Notes under the pieces: model-generated
Seen by the model: only the letters and a program-made list of their open reading frames with translations
Databases searched by the model: none
Told to the model about the DNA's origin: nothing
In this document: one piece after another, positions 38,348-49,192 of the stretch
Layout: every line of letters starts with the position of its first letter
Numbering within the stretch: position 1 is the stretch's first letter
Position numbers and translations under genes: made by a program
Origin: Bradyrhizobium sp.
GTDB lineage: Bacteria > Pseudomonadota > Alphaproteobacteria > Rhizobiales > Xanthobacteraceae
NCBI GenBank assembly: GCA_013822885.1
Contig: PNLC01000001.1
Span: 2,528-66,527 of the forward strand
Length of the DNA stretch: 64,000 nt
Reading direction: 5' to 3'

Positions 38348-39319
38348 ATGGCAAAGCATCTGATGGCGGCCGCTGTTGTTCTCGTGCTCGCGGGATTGAC
38401 CGGCGCACAGGCGCAGGATTACCCAACGAGAACGGCCACGATCATCGTTCCGTTTGCGGCCGGCGGGCCCGCCGACATCACCGGCAGGCTCGTCGCTGAT
38501 ATCTTCAGCCGCTATCTGGGCCAGAGATTTGTGGTGGAGAATGTGGCGGGTGGCGGCGGCACCACCGGAGCGCTTCGTGCCGCCCGCGCGGCAGCCGACG
38601 GATACACGATCCTGTCCGGCCACCTCGGCACCAATGCACTGGCGCCGGCGTTCTATCCAAATCTGGGCTACGATCCGCAAAAGGACTTCGAGCCGATTGG
38701 ACTGACGGCCGAGTATCCGGAATTGCTGGTCGTCCGCAAAGACTTTCCCGCCAACACCTTCAAGGAATTTGTCGCTTACGCGAAATCCAATCCGGACAAG
38801 CTCAATGTCGGGCACGCCGGGCTCGGCTCGGTATCCTATATCGGTTGCCTGCTTCTTCACGCGGCGATTGGAATCAAGCCGACGATGATTCCATTCACCG
38901 GCACAGCCCCGGTGTTGAACGCCATGCTGGGAGGTCAGGTCGACTATGAGTGCGATCCCGTGCTCGGAACACTGAGCCAGGTGCGCGCAGGCAACGTCAA
39001 GGCGCTGGTGATCGCCGCCAAAAAACGCAGTCCGCTGCTGCCCGATGTGCCGACTTCCCACGAGCAGGGTCTGCCCGAATTCGATATCGCTCCGTTTTAC
39101 GCGGTGTTCGTTCCGATCGGAACGCCGCAGGCGGTGATCGACAGGCTCGCGGACGCTCTCAGCAAGGGGCTCAACGAGGAGGCCGTTCAGAAGCGGTTGG
39201 CCGAGCTCGGGGCCGATCCCGTAAAGCCGGAACGGCGCGGGCCAAAGGCCCTCGCCGATCTGGTCAAAAGCGAAACCGCGCGGCTGATGCCCATTCTACG
39301 CGCCGCAGCGGAGAAATGA
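38348..39319 (+). CDS. Tripartite tricarboxylate transporter substrate-binding protein (Bug/TctC)
   Basis: GGAGG RBS, signal peptide, IVPFAAGGPAD, VENVAGGGG, LPDVPT; no tctAB adjacent. Confidence 0.92.
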   Translation: MAKHLMAAAVVLVLAGLTGAQAQDYPTRTATIIVPFAAGGPADITGRLVADIFSRYLGQRFVVENVAGGGGTTGALRAARAAADGYTILSGHLGTNALAPAFYPNLGYDPQKDFEPIGLTAEYPELLVVRKDFPANTFKEFVAYAKSNPDKLNVGHAGLGSVSYIGCLLLHAAIGIKPTMIPFTGTAPVLNAMLGGQVDYECDPVLGTLSQVRAGNVKALVIAAKKRSPLLPDVPTSHEQGLPEFDIAPFYAVFVPIGTPQAVIDRLADALSKGLNEEAVQKRLAELGADPVKPERRGPKALADLVKSETARLMPILRAAAEK

Positions 39320-39372
39320 TCACGGCAGGTCCACCACTCCTCGACGCTGCTCAGCCGGGATCAAATCGCGCA

Positions 39373-40206
39373 TTAGTGCCCCGACGCATAATCCGCGCGG
39401 ACCGGCGCGGTGCCGGACGGCGGCAGGTCGAGGCGCACGGCGATGCCTTCCAGTTGCGGGCTCGGAGCGGGATAGAGCTTCATGACGAGCGGATCGTGCC
39501 CGGGCACGATATGGCTCTCGTCCGGCGCAAGCGCCCGCAGCTTCTCGAATCCTTCCAGCATTTCGCCGATATGGAAGGAGGTCGTAAACGGACGCTCACT
39601 GGCCATGTTTTCGTAGAAATGGCTGACATCGGAGGCGAGCACGACAAATCCCCGGCGGGTCCTGACGCGAACGAACTGAAGCCCGGCCGAATGGCCGCCG
39701 GCCGCATGTATCGTAAGCCCCGGAGCGATCTCGGCGTCACCGTCGTAGAACAGGACGCGGCGCGCGTAGTTCAGCCGCACGATCCCACAGACGTCCTCGA
39801 CCTCGAATGAGTGCGACAACCTCGGATATCGCATGAAGCGCCCGGTGGCATACGCCAGTTCACGCTCCTGCAGATGAAATCGCGCTTTGGGAAAGCGATC
39901 GAAGTTTCCGACATGGTCGTAGTGAAGATGCGTGAGGATGACGTCCTCGACCTCGCTCGCATCGATGTCGAACGCACCGAGCGTCTCCACCGGACAACGC
40001 AGAAACGTCCGCTTTCGCTTCCTTGATACTTCCGCGTTGAACCCGGTATCGACGACGAACGTACGGCCCCCGCCTTTGGCCACCCACATGAAATAGTCCA
40101 TTGGCATCGGACCATCGTGCGGATCGCCGCCGATAAAATGCTCGCTCCGCCGCGCCTCGCGCGTGGCGTAGCGGATGGCAAAGAGCTCGTACTCCGGCTC
40201 GGCCAT
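39373..40206 (-). CDS. Metallo-beta-lactamase-fold hydrolase, AHL-lactonase-like family
   Basis: VDTGF, THLHYDH, GGHSAG, ASD, PGHD. Confidence 0.9.
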   Translation of the reverse strand: MAEPEYELFAIRYATREARRSEHFIGGDPHDGPMPMDYFMWVAKGGGRTFVVDTGFNAEVSRKRKRTFLRCPVETLGAFDIDASEVEDVILTHLHYDHVGNFDRFPKARFHLQERELAYATGRFMRYPRLSHSFEVEDVCGIVRLNYARRVLFYDGDAEIAPGLTIHAAGGHSAGLQFVRVRTRRGFVVLASDVSHFYENMASERPFTTSFHIGEMLEGFEKLRALAPDESHIVPGHDPLVMKLYPAPSPQLEGIAVRLDLPPSGTAPVRADYASGH

Positions 40207-40233
40207 GCTATTCCCAAATACGCTGGCTGCTCA

Positions 40234-40611
40234 TCACTTCGCTTCCATTTCGTTGAACGCCTCGCGCGCGTTGCGGAATGCGTCTATTCCCGAGGGGATA
40301 CCGCAGTAAACGCCGACCTGAAGCAGGATCTCCTTGATCTCGTCCTTGGTGACGCCGTTCTTCAGCGCGCCCTTGACGTGAAGCTTCAATTCATGCGGAC
40401 GCCCCAGCGCCCCGAGCATCGCCAGGTTGACGATGCTGCGGGTGCGGCGGTCGAGCCCCGGCCTTGTCCACAATGCGCCCCAGCAAAATTCGGTCGACCA
40501 CTCCGCCATCGTCCGGGTGAATTCATCGGCGCCCGCGATGGACTTGTTGACGTAATCCTCGCCGAGCACTTCCTTGCGGACCTTCAATCCCTTGTCGAAC
40601 AATTCAGTCAT
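40234..40611 (-). CDS. Carboxymuconolactone decarboxylase family protein
   Basis: GLKVRKEVLG, WTRPGLDRRTRS, ELKLH, EILLQ..YCGIP. Confidence 0.9.
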   Translation of the reverse strand: MTELFDKGLKVRKEVLGEDYVNKSIAGADEFTRTMAEWSTEFCWGALWTRPGLDRRTRSIVNLAMLGALGRPHELKLHVKGALKNGVTKDEIKEILLQVGVYCGIPSGIDAFRNAREAFNEMEAK

Positions 40612-40659
40612 CGTTGGTTCCTTCCACTGTTTGAGTACTGTCTTTCAGGGTGGCACGGC

Positions 40660-40851
40660 TCAGCCGCGCGCCCTCATCAGGGTCGAGACGTCGGCCAGCG
40701 TATCGAGACGCCAGACCTGGTCAATGATGCGATTTATATCCCAATCGCGGCCGCCCAGCCGCGCGCAATCGGGCAGTTTCGCCTCGAAATGCCCATCCGA
40801 CAATGGGTCGCCAATGTCACGCATCATCAAGCAGGCCGGCATCGAGCCCAA
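40660..40851 (-). pseudogene. C-terminal remnant of an MmgE/PrpD family gene
   Basis: DPLSD..FEAK..DCA…IIDQVWRLDTLADV resembles the last ~50 residues of MmgE/PrpD proteins; the rest is absent. Confidence 0.55.
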
Positions 40852-40878
40852 GTGAGGACGCTTCGTCCAGGCTTGACG

Positions 40879-41169
40879 TCAGTTACCGCCCTGCGGATTA
40901 TCGTGCTGCGAGGTCTTTTCCGCCTGCCGCACCAGCCTTGCGTAGCCGACGCGCAATTGGTCCGCCGATATCAGTCCGCCATCGGCTCGCCGCGCTCCGG
41001 CGCGAGCGAGAAGGGAAGCGAGGCTCCGCCACGTGAGACCCGAGGCGGCGCGGAGTTTCGCGATATCGTCGAGATGGTGAGCCAGGACGCGCTCGAAGGG
41101 CACACGCTCACCTTCGACGGTCAACTCAGCTACGAACTTCTCGGCCCAAGATTTCGAATCGATTCCCAT
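40879..41169 (-). CDS. Hypothetical protein (96 aa), possibly DNA-binding
   Basis: ATG start; helical GLTWRSLASLLARAG…ISADQLRVGYAR segment. Confidence 0.5.
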   Translation of the reverse strand: MGIDSKSWAEKFVAELTVEGERVPFERVLAHHLDDIAKLRAASGLTWRSLASLLARAGARRADGGLISADQLRVGYARLVRQAEKTSQHDNPQGGN

Positions 41170-41396
41170 CGCCGCAGACTAGGACCAGAGTTTTCATTCG
41201 CTGTGCAAGAAAAAATAGATCGAGGTAACTACAGAACGCTCTGTTTTGTTACAAAAAGAGACAAATTGTTCTTTCTGCATCATCACTATGTTCTCGCTTT
41301 TCTTCATTTGCGGATGGCGTCCGTCGCGCAGGCCTCGGGCAAGGTTCAGTTGATATCCGGCAACGTAATATTTGCTCTGGTCGCCGCAAAAAAACC

Positions 41397-42293
41397 ATGG
41401 TCGATGCAAGCACTGACAAGCCCACTTCATCACCTGAACCGCTGGCCGCCGATGTGGCCGCGACCAAGGACAACGCGTCCGGTGCACGACAGACTGGCAA
41501 AGTGACCTCTGCCGGCGCTCATCTCGCCGCCGCAGCGACGATTGATGAACTCCTCGCCAAAGAGGCACTCGCGAACCTGAAGCGCACGCGCGCAACAACG
41601 CACGCAGAGAACGTCAAATCCAAGGCGCGCGTCCCGATCCCGGCGGCCACACTCGTCGTCAAGCCACCGCAGTCGCACGCGTGGATCACACCCTTCATCA
41701 CACTCGCGGCGGCGGTTGGGATCTCCACGGTCCTGTACGCCGGCGGCTTGGCGTATTTGTATCTGCGGCCAACGGCAGCCGCCGCGACGTCGGACACCGA
41801 ACTTCGCAATATCAGAGAGTCTGTGGCTCAACTGCGGGGTACGGTTGCCACCCTGTCAAATGACCTGGCGGCGAACCGTACTGCGCTCGATGCGGCGAAC
41901 AAGGCCGTGAACGATCGCTTTGGCCGCATCGTTCAAAGCCTCGATCGGGTTGACCGCGATCAATCCGTGTCGGCGACGAAGATCGAACGCCTGGCGGAAG
42001 AAAAGGCCCAGCCCGTCCGGCCGGCATCTAGCGCGCCAGCCTCCGAGATCACCGGCACCGTTCAGCGGCATCCGCGGCATCCGCGGCCGGCAACTGCGCG
42101 GCGCGAGGTCATCGCCGGTTGGCGCGTGCGGCGCGCCTATGAAGGCGTCGCCATTCTCGAGGGACAACCAGGCGTGATCGAAGTCGTGCTGGGCCAGGAA
42201 GTACCGAACCTCGGGCGCATCGAGGAAATCAAATACGAGAACAGCCATTGGCAGGTCTTGACCAGCAAGGGCATTATTCTTCCCGCACGCTGA
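41397..42293 (+). CDS. Bitopic membrane protein: TM, coiled coil, C-terminal beta domain
   Basis: TM ~aa 97-122, heptad-rich aa 130-200, C-term GW.V…G.AILEG…V..G..VP.LGRI..I…VLTSKG. Confidence 0.75.
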   Translation: MVDASTDKPTSSPEPLAADVAATKDNASGARQTGKVTSAGAHLAAAATIDELLAKEALANLKRTRATTHAENVKSKARVPIPAATLVVKPPQSHAWITPFITLAAAVGISTVLYAGGLAYLYLRPTAAAATSDTELRNIRESVAQLRGTVATLSNDLAANRTALDAANKAVNDRFGRIVQSLDRVDRDQSVSATKIERLAEEKAQPVRPASSAPASEITGTVQRHPRHPRPATARREVIAGWRVRRAYEGVAILEGQPGVIEVVLGQEVPNLGRIEEIKYENSHWQVLTSKGIILPAR

Positions 42294-43351
42294 GATGCGC
42301 GTGTGCCGACCACAGTAAATCGCGTGACGACTTCGATCGGTCCGTTCCTTAATCTGGCATGCCATGATGCCTTGATGTGTGAAGCGCCATGCATGTTGCG
42401 CGCGCATGCTCGACGTAGCATCGCGCGACCGACGCACTTACAAATTGCTCGCCTCAGAAACGCGCACTCAGCATGCGATAGCGTCTCTCTTTGTATCCGA
42501 CATTCTCTCGGAGAAGTTGCATCGCTACCTTTTCCCAGCGGTGTGGCTTCGGCGCAATAACCAACAGAACGTCGTTGATTGTGACAACACGAAGCTGCCG
42601 CCGATCACGCCGGCCTCTATCACTTCGATAAATCTGCGGCCTTGTATTCGTCGCTTGCAAGCCGTGATCGACGCGATGAAAGTTGTTTGGCCGCGACAAA
42701 CGCAGACGATTTGCAAATGGATCGACGACGCATTCGATCTGTCGACGGCACGGCCATGCTGCATGCTACAATTTGCTCTGTAGTCTCCTGTCGAGCCTCA
42801 AACTTCCAAGCGCCTCACGCCAACATTTGGATTTGATATTTCTCTCTCGTCTTTCAGATCACCCGAGAGTTGTATCGGAGTAACTGCTCAGTTGAATTGC
42901 TTGACGACGAGGCTCCGATTCGACGTAATGAAACTGTTCCGATTCGTTGTGTGTCGCGATGCGATGATGCGCAAAGCAAGACACCAAGTTGGCTTTCTCG
43001 AGGCGGCAGGTGGCAGATCGTTGTTCTCCTCTCGCTATATCGGCGATCCTTACAACGAAGATCGGATTGCACTCATGCAGGCCGACGCATGAGCGCGCTA
43101 CGCGGATGGCCGGGCAAGGCATCATCGAATGTCGTCGAACGACATCACCTCGCCAGCCTGCCTCGTCTTTGCAGCCGACTTCCCGTACGCGGGTAGCGGG
43201 CTTTCGAGGGGACCTTGCGCGCGTTCTCTGATCGCAATCCCCTCGCGTCGTGCAGTACCTGTTGTGTCGCGTAAGTACGAACAAGGTAAAACGGAGCGAG
43301 CGTGCCGACTTCGACTCCACAACAACCATCCAGGCAAACAGGGGCAGCTAC

Positions 43352-44065
43352 ATGTTCGTCGTCATCGATGACCGGGAAAGCGTCACACAGGGCTATGCAG
43401 CGGGGTTCGATCGCGAGGGAGAAGTCTCGATCGGATTCTCATCGAAGGATTTTCGCGACTGGCTGGAATGTGCGGTCGGCAACGACGTGCTGGCGATCGG
43501 CGCCTTCATCCTGGGTGACTGCTCGGACCGGACCAGCATTCCGAAGAGCATCCGCAACAAGTCGCGTGCGCCGATTATTGCGTTGAACAACCTGAAGCTT
43601 CTCAAGCACACCATCGAACTGTTCGAGGCCGGCGTCGACGACGTCGTTCAGGTGCCAATACACGTTCGTGAAATCCTGGTCCGAACCGCAGTCATTCGCC
43701 GGCGGACGATCGGCCAGCCCGGCGAGGCCCAGACCAGCCTGATCCGTGTCTTTCTCGACGGACGGGATCCCGAGATCGGCGGCCGGACGCTCGCTCTGCC
43801 ACGCCGCGAACTTCGCACGCTCGAGCGTCTGGTCGAACATCAGGGAAAGTGGCTTACGAAGACCCAGCTCTTCAACGCCATCTACGGTCTGTTCGATTCA
43901 AGCTACGACGAGAACGTGATCGAGAGCCACGTGAGCAAGCTGCGCAAGAAGTTGCGTAACCACCTTGGCTACGATCCGATCGAGTCGAAGCGATATATGG
44001 GATACCGCCTCGATGCCTTCAAATCTCGATGCAACGGCGAAGCCGGCCCGTCGAGACCGAACTGA
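43352..44065 (+). CDS. lafR: Lateral flagellar master regulator, OmpR-like (LafR/Rem/FtcR)
   Basis: MFVVIDDRESV..GY…FDREG N-terminus as in Rem/FtcR; atypical receiver; wHTH VIESHVSKLRKKL; at the edge of the flagellar cluster. Confidence 0.85.
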   Translation: MFVVIDDRESVTQGYAAGFDREGEVSIGFSSKDFRDWLECAVGNDVLAIGAFILGDCSDRTSIPKSIRNKSRAPIIALNNLKLLKHTIELFEAGVDDVVQVPIHVREILVRTAVIRRRTIGQPGEAQTSLIRVFLDGRDPEIGGRTLALPRRELRTLERLVEHQGKWLTKTQLFNAIYGLFDSSYDENVIESHVSKLRKKLRNHLGYDPIESKRYMGYRLDAFKSRCNGEAGPSRPN

Positions 44066-44073
44066 AGAACCCG

Positions 44074-44105
44074 TCGGGCCGACGTTTCGCTAAACGTCGG
44101 CCCGA
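44074..44105. terminator. Bidirectional hairpin between convergent genes
   Basis: TCGGGCCGACGTTT-cgct-AAACGTCGGCCCGA, perfect 14-bp stem. Confidence 0.75.
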
Positions 44106-44117
44106 ATGCGTCGCGCT

Positions 44118-44576
44118 CTAGCGACGCAACTGGTCCTTTGAAACATAGTTGAAGTCCTGGACCAGAACGTCCTGCAGGACTGCGGCCTGAAGACGCTTGT
44201 TGACGCGTTCCCGGAGGGTTTGGGCGAACTGGGCGAGGTCGTACCGGGCAAGGTTCTTGAAGTCCAGTCTCTGGTCGCCGTAGATGGTCCGAAATGCCTC
44301 GTCCACGACAAAGGCCTCGGGTGGCACCGGCAATTGACGAAGGACCTTGGCATCGGCCGTGAAGACAAGCTGCGCGACAATGTACCCTTGAACGCTGCCC
44401 TCGGCGATCATCGGCACGTTGATCACCTTGGTCTTTTCGTAAACGAGACCCTCCGCATACTCCTGCTTGGGGGGAAGCGCAGCGCGGCTTTCGGTCCAAT
44501 AGGATATGGCCAGGCTCGCGCCGACGGTGACGATGCACGCCCAGGCACCTGCCATCAGCAGCCTGATCATTTTCAT
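44118..44576 (-). CDS. Conserved flagellar-cluster membrane protein (FliL-like)
   Basis: N-terminal TM, INVPMI…VQGY.VAQL, DVLVQDFNY; last gene of the operon. Confidence 0.7.
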   Translation of the reverse strand: MKMIRLLMAGAWACIVTVGASLAISYWTESRAALPPKQEYAEGLVYEKTKVINVPMIAEGSVQGYIVAQLVFTADAKVLRQLPVPPEAFVVDEAFRTIYGDQRLDFKNLARYDLAQFAQTLRERVNKRLQAAVLQDVLVQDFNYVSKDQLRR

Positions 44577-45052
44577 CTGCCTGGTCCGGTCGATGAATAA
44601 GTACCGTCGGATTCGACCTCCTGTATCGATTTTGCGATAATCGAGGAAACCTCCCGAACGGCATCAAGGTGCATCTGCAGTGCGGCCTGATTCCTCACCA
44701 GGCTGGCGCGGAGGTCCGCCAGATGCGGCACCACGCGCGGGTCGATCCCCACACTTTGCGTCAGCCGCATCGCCCTTGTGAGTTCGAGCAGGCCGCGATT
44801 CTTGCGCTGGCTGAAGGTGTCGAAATCAACCGGCGCCCTGCTCTGAAGCCCCTCGGTTTCCTTGTCGATGGTTGCCTTGAGCCGCTCGATGGCGCTCAAT
44901 GCGCTTGTATTCGTGCCGAGCCATTGACCGGGCTCGGCGCCGGCCGCGGGCAATGCCTGCGGTACCAACGCCGGCACATCCGCGTGCGGTTGACTTCGCA
45001 CCTGCTCGGCTGCCGGATCTGCCGTATTCCGCTGCTCTTCGTTCTTTTCCAT
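44573..45052 (-). CDS. flgN: Flagellar export chaperone FlgN-like
   Basis: RKNRGLLELTR, L..HL.AVREVS, ESDGTYS; position after flgJ. Confidence 0.7.
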   Translation of the reverse strand: MEKNEEQRNTADPAAEQVRSQPHADVPALVPQALPAAGAEPGQWLGTNTSALSAIERLKATIDKETEGLQSRAPVDFDTFSQRKNRGLLELTRAMRLTQSVGIDPRVVPHLADLRASLVRNQAALQMHLDAVREVSSIIAKSIQEVESDGTYSSTGPGR

Positions 45053-45091
45053 GTTACCCTCGTCATGACTGTGCAGGAGAGCCGTCGGCCC

Positions 45092-45571
45092 TCAGAGTTC
45101 TGCAGGATCCGTAGCGGGACGTGACTTCGCCAAATGCTTGGCAATTCCAAGCCCGTTCCCCTTGGCCATCTCATTGCCGATCTGTTCGGCGAGCATCGAG
45201 CGCCAAACCGTTCCAGCGGTACCTTTACCGAAGACCTCGGCCGCATCCTTTGGCAGCATCGATTCGACAAACATCTGCAGGATGAACGCTTCGAACTTGC
45301 GATAGGCGCCCTTGCCGTTCGTCGCCTTGATGATCGGCGCCTGACCCGTGCTGTCGGCAACCGCAGAGCCGCGTGGCGCGCCGTCGTCGGCAGCAGCCGC
45401 TCCGCTCTGCTGCAGTCCCGCAGCCTCGATTTTCTGATCGACCGCCGCAGCAAAATTCCGGTCCGTGGTCGATGCCAGCCGCTCGAGCTTGCCGGCGGCG
45501 ACACGCCGGGAAGCCGGGTCGGCGGCCGCCATGACGTCGGCGATGAGATCCTGGATCGGAGCGACCGTCAT
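45092..45571 (-). CDS. flgJ: Rod-binding protein FlgJ (no muramidase domain)
   Basis: KFEAFILQMFVESMLPK…FG.GTAG.VWRSMLAEQI. Confidence 0.85.
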   Translation of the reverse strand: MTVAPIQDLIADVMAAADPASRRVAAGKLERLASTTDRNFAAAVDQKIEAAGLQQSGAAAADDGAPRGSAVADSTGQAPIIKATNGKGAYRKFEAFILQMFVESMLPKDAAEVFGKGTAGTVWRSMLAEQIGNEMAKGNGLGIAKHLAKSRPATDPAEL

Positions 45572-45610
45572 GGCGCGCCCTGCCCGGCCGTCAGCGCCCA
45601 TTTCAACCGC

Positions 45611-46006
45611 CTAGATTTGCCCGGCCGGCCGCGTGACTGTCTTTTCAATTTCGTCCTCCAGAATGCGCTTCTCTTCCTCGCGAAACGCGCGGCCAGCCGC
45701 CGCGTGAACCATGCGCAACACCTGCTTCAGCTTGCGTGCCTCACCCTGCGCGCGGGCGCCCAGCCGCTCCTTTGCTTTGGCTATTGCACCGTGCTCGACG
45801 CTCGCCGCCCTCAGACTCCGGCTGGCCACCTGCGTAACCAGCGCCGGCAATTTGCTCTCGTCATTGAACCCCTGGATGATCCGGCGTTCGCGGTCCTGAA
45901 GTTCGTTCTCCCGCGCCTGGCATTCCATCAATTGCCATTCGGCGATGCGGTGCAGCCTGGCTTGAACGGCTGCGATACGTCGAATCTTGCGATCCCTCGG
46001 CTTCAT
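45611..46006 (-). CDS. Helical flagellar protein, FliJ-like position
   Basis: Coiled-coil sequence (VQARLHRIAEWQL) between fliR and flgJ. Confidence 0.65.
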   Translation of the reverse strand: MKPRDRKIRRIAAVQARLHRIAEWQLMECQARENELQDRERRIIQGFNDESKLPALVTQVASRSLRAASVEHGAIAKAKERLGARAQGEARKLKQVLRMVHAAAGRAFREEEKRILEDEIEKTVTRPAGQI

Positions 46007-46013
46007 GTCCCGA

Positions 46014-46760
46014 TCACCCCGCAAGCCACGCCGCAAACGCGATATTGAACTGAAGCACCATTTCGCGGCTGGTGAGGTACAGCAGCAGCAGCCCGCCGAA
46101 GAGCACGAACGGAATCGATATGAAGTAGACCGGGATCGTTGGCGTAAGCTTGTTGGCGAGCCCGACCGCCAGGTTGACAATGACCGCATAGATGACGAAC
46201 GGGCTCGCGACCCGGAGCGCCAGCGTAAACGCCTGCGAAAGGTGATCGACCAGTTGCGCCACGCTGTTTTCGCCGGTCATGCCGACAGCCGGCTGCCAGA
46301 TCTGATAGGAGCCTACCAGCCCACGAAGCAGTTCCCAGTGCTGATCTGTCATGAAGAACAGGACGGTTGCGGACAAGGTAATGAGGGGAACGAGAGCCGG
46401 GACATGTTCTCCGTCATCCACCGTTCCCGGCAGGGTCAGCCCGATCGCGGATGCGATGAGCGTGGCCATGGTCTCCAGGGCCGAGAAGAACACGCGGGCG
46501 GTCAGGCCGATAACCAGGCCGACCAGCAGTTCCGACCCGATCATCCGGATGATGGTCGACAGCGTCGCTCGTTCCAGCACCGGGCGAACGATGGCTTCGA
46601 GCAACGGAGACAGCATCAAGGTGACGTTGATGGCGAGGAACAGCCTGATCTGCATCGGAATGTTGGATCGGGAATGGCCGGGCGCGACCATCATGCACGT
46701 GCCGACCCGGCAGAAGACCAGAAAGACCGCCAGCACGGAGATCGACACACCTGCGATCAA
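46014..46760 (-). CDS. fliR: Flagellar export protein FliR
   Basis: [29 protein letters not shown]; TTG start overlapping the flhA stop. Confidence 0.9.
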   Translation of the reverse strand: MIAGVSISVLAVFLVFCRVGTCMMVAPGHSRSNIPMQIRLFLAINVTLMLSPLLEAIVRPVLERATLSTIIRMIGSELLVGLVIGLTARVFFSALETMATLIASAIGLTLPGTVDDGEHVPALVPLITLSATVLFFMTDQHWELLRGLVGSYQIWQPAVGMTGENSVAQLVDHLSQAFTLALRVASPFVIYAVIVNLAVGLANKLTPTIPVYFISIPFVLFGGLLLLYLTSREMVLQFNIAFAAWLAG

Positions 46761-48844
46761 GAGATTGCTCCGAGCGACTTGACCTCGACGCCGCGCGCGA
46801 TCTCGACGTGGGAGAGGATCGGCAATGTCGGGAACATCCGTTCCGTGATCATGCGGACGTAGGGACGGACGTCGGGAGGCGCCACCAGCACGACGTTTTC
46901 CCCCTGCCCGGACGCCTTGCGAACAGCGACCGAAACATCCGCGGCGAACTGCTCGACCAGCCGCGGATCGGCATCGAACTCGACGATCTCGCCCTTGGCG
47001 TCGCGCTTGAGGCTCTGATGAAATGCGAGGTCCCAGCGATTTCCCATCCGCAGCACCTTCAGCACCCCGTTGTCGGAAAAGTCGCCGCAGATCTGCTGTG
47101 CGATCCGCGTGCGGACATGTTCGGCCACCTGCTCGGAGCGGCGAACATGCGGCGCGATTTCCGCAATCGCCTCGAGAATGAGATGAAGGTTTCGGATCGA
47201 GATACGCTCGGCCAGCAGCAGCTTGAGCACTGCCTGCAGGCCCGAATAGGAGATCTGGGACGGACAGATATCCTCGATCAGGCGCTTGTATTCGGGATCC
47301 AGCCGGTCCAGCAGGGCGCGCGCGTCCTTGTAGGACAATAGCTGCGCCAGATTGTTGCGAATGACCTCGCTGAGGTGCGTGAGCAGGACGGAAATGTTGT
47401 CCGCGACCTTGAAGCCGTCGCGCTTGACCTCTTCGAGGAAGGTTTCCGGGATCCACATTGCCTTCATTCCGAAGGCGGGCTCCACCGTCTCGTCGCCCGG
47501 CACGTCCGGCTTGCGATCGCCATCCAGCAGCACCAGGACCTCGCCGATGCGCAGTTCATGGTGCGCCACCACCGTGCTGTAGATCTTGATGCGGTAGGTC
47601 TTCGGCCCGATCGACAGATCGTCCGTCAGCTTGATCTCGGGAATGACGAAGCCGTACTGGATCGCGAACCGACGTCGTATCTTGCTGACGCGATGGGCGA
47701 GTTCGCCGTGCGCTTTCAGCATCCGGATCGCCAGCTGGCTGCCGACGCAAAGCTCGATATCGGCGGTCTTCAGGTATTCCTTGATCGAGTCCCTGGACTC
47801 CGCCTGCGCGCGTTCCTGGTCCTGCGCAACGCGCACTCTCTCCTGCAATTCTTCCGCTGCCTGCCGGCGCGGAAGCGCGTAGCCCATGAACGCCATCACG
47901 CCCCCGAGAAACGCGAAGGGCAGCAACGGCAGGCCCGGCAGCAGCCCCAGTATGAACATCATGAGCGCGGCGACCATCTGCGCGCGCGGATAACCACCCA
48001 GCTGCTTGAGCACGGTCTGCTCGGCCGAACCCCTCGTGCCTCCCTTGGAGACCAGCAGGCCGGCGGCGAGCGAGACGATCAGGGAGGGAATCTGGGAAAC
48101 CAGCCCGTCTCCGACGGAAAGCTTGGTGAAGACATCGGCGGCGCGCGATAGCGACATGCCATGGTGGGTCACGCCGATGATGATGCCGCCGAATATGTTG
48201 ATGGCGGTGATCATGAGACAGGCGATGGCGTCGCCGCGCACGAATTTCGAGGCGCCGTCCATGGCACCGAAGAAGGCGCTTTCTTCCTCGAGTTCGCGGC
48301 GCCGGCGCTGCGCCTCCTTGTCGTCGATCAGGCCGGCGGACAGGTCCGCGTCGATCGCCATCTGCTTGCCCGGAATGGCATCGAGCGTAAAGCGCGCCCC
48401 CACTTCCGCAATACGCGTCGCACCCTTCGTGATCACGACGAAATTCACCGTGACGAGGATTGCGAAGATGATCAGGCCAATGACGAAATCGCCGCCCATC
48501 ACGAACTGGGAAAACCCCGCCACGACATAACCGGCGGCATGCTCCCCCTCGCCCCCGTGCGAGAGTATCACGCGTGTCGTCGCCACGTTCAGGGCGAGGC
48601 GCAGGATTGTCGCGATCAGCAGCACCGTCGGGAAGGCCGAGAAATCGAGCGGACGCTGAATCCACAGGGCGACCATCAGGATAAGGGCGGACAGGGCGAT
48701 CGAAAAGGCAAGGCCCATGTCGATCAGCACGGTCGGAACCGGCAGGATCAGCATGGTCACGATGGCGACGATACCGACCGCGAAACCTACGTCGGTGCCA
48801 ACCCGGCGCGGGCCCGGCAGGGCAGAGATCGCTACGTCAGCCAT
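46757..48844 (-). CDS. flhA: Flagellar export protein FlhA
   Basis: [50 protein letters not shown]. Confidence 0.97.
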   Translation of the reverse strand: MADVAISALPGPRRVGTDVGFAVGIVAIVTMLILPVPTVLIDMGLAFSIALSALILMVALWIQRPLDFSAFPTVLLIATILRLALNVATTRVILSHGGEGEHAAGYVVAGFSQFVMGGDFVIGLIIFAILVTVNFVVITKGATRIAEVGARFTLDAIPGKQMAIDADLSAGLIDDKEAQRRRRELEEESAFFGAMDGASKFVRGDAIACLMITAINIFGGIIIGVTHHGMSLSRAADVFTKLSVGDGLVSQIPSLIVSLAAGLLVSKGGTRGSAEQTVLKQLGGYPRAQMVAALMMFILGLLPGLPLLPFAFLGGVMAFMGYALPRRQAAEELQERVRVAQDQERAQAESRDSIKEYLKTADIELCVGSQLAIRMLKAHGELAHRVSKIRRRFAIQYGFVIPEIKLTDDLSIGPKTYRIKIYSTVVAHHELRIGEVLVLLDGDRKPDVPGDETVEPAFGMKAMWIPETFLEEVKRDGFKVADNISVLLTHLSEVIRNNLAQLLSYKDARALLDRLDPEYKRLIEDICPSQISYSGLQAVLKLLLAERISIRNLHLILEAIAEIAPHVRRSEQVAEHVRTRIAQQICGDFSDNGVLKVLRMGNRWDLAFHQSLKRDAKGEIVEFDADPRLVEQFAADVSVAVRKASGQGENVVLVAPPDVRPYVRMITERMFPTLPILSHVEIARGVEVKSLGAIS

Positions 48845-48889
48845 GAGAGTTCCTGCAACGCGGTCATGCCCACACCATGCAGCGCCTGG

Positions 48890-48899
48890 CTTGCGCGAA
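48890..48899 (-). promoter_or_regulatory. Flagellar promoter motif upstream of flhA
   Basis: tTCGCGCAAG on the minus strand; same motif upstream of flgE, fliF and motE. Confidence 0.55.
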
Positions 48900-48922
48900 G
48901 GTGGCGCGGACTCCGCCTCCGC

Positions 48923-49189
48923 TCAGAATCCGTACTGGATCCGCGAATAGAGCAGCTCGGTGAAGGCGTGAATGTGAGCGCCCATGAACGAACCGGAGAC
49001 TGCAACCACAATCAGCATGACCACGATCTTGGGGATGAACGTCAGCGTCATCTCCTGCACCTGGGTGAGCGCCTGCAACAGCGCGATCGCGATGCCGACG
49101 AGCATCGCGGCGCCGACGGCCGGACCCGAGGCCACGATGATCGTCCAGACCGCCTGCTGGACGATGTCGAGTGCATCACGCTCGTTCAT
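48923..49189 (-). CDS. fliQ: Flagellar export protein FliQ
   Basis: QALTQVQEMTLTFIPK. Confidence 0.95.
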   Translation of the reverse strand: MNERDALDIVQQAVWTIIVASGPAVGAAMLVGIAIALLQALTQVQEMTLTFIPKIVVMLIVVAVSGSFMGAHIHAFTELLYSRIQYGF

Positions 49190-49192
49190 GGT

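Noticed and set aside
42340-42770. Sigma-54 promoter-like TGGC…GC strings
   Set aside because: GG-to-GC spacing is not the required 10 nt in the candidates checked
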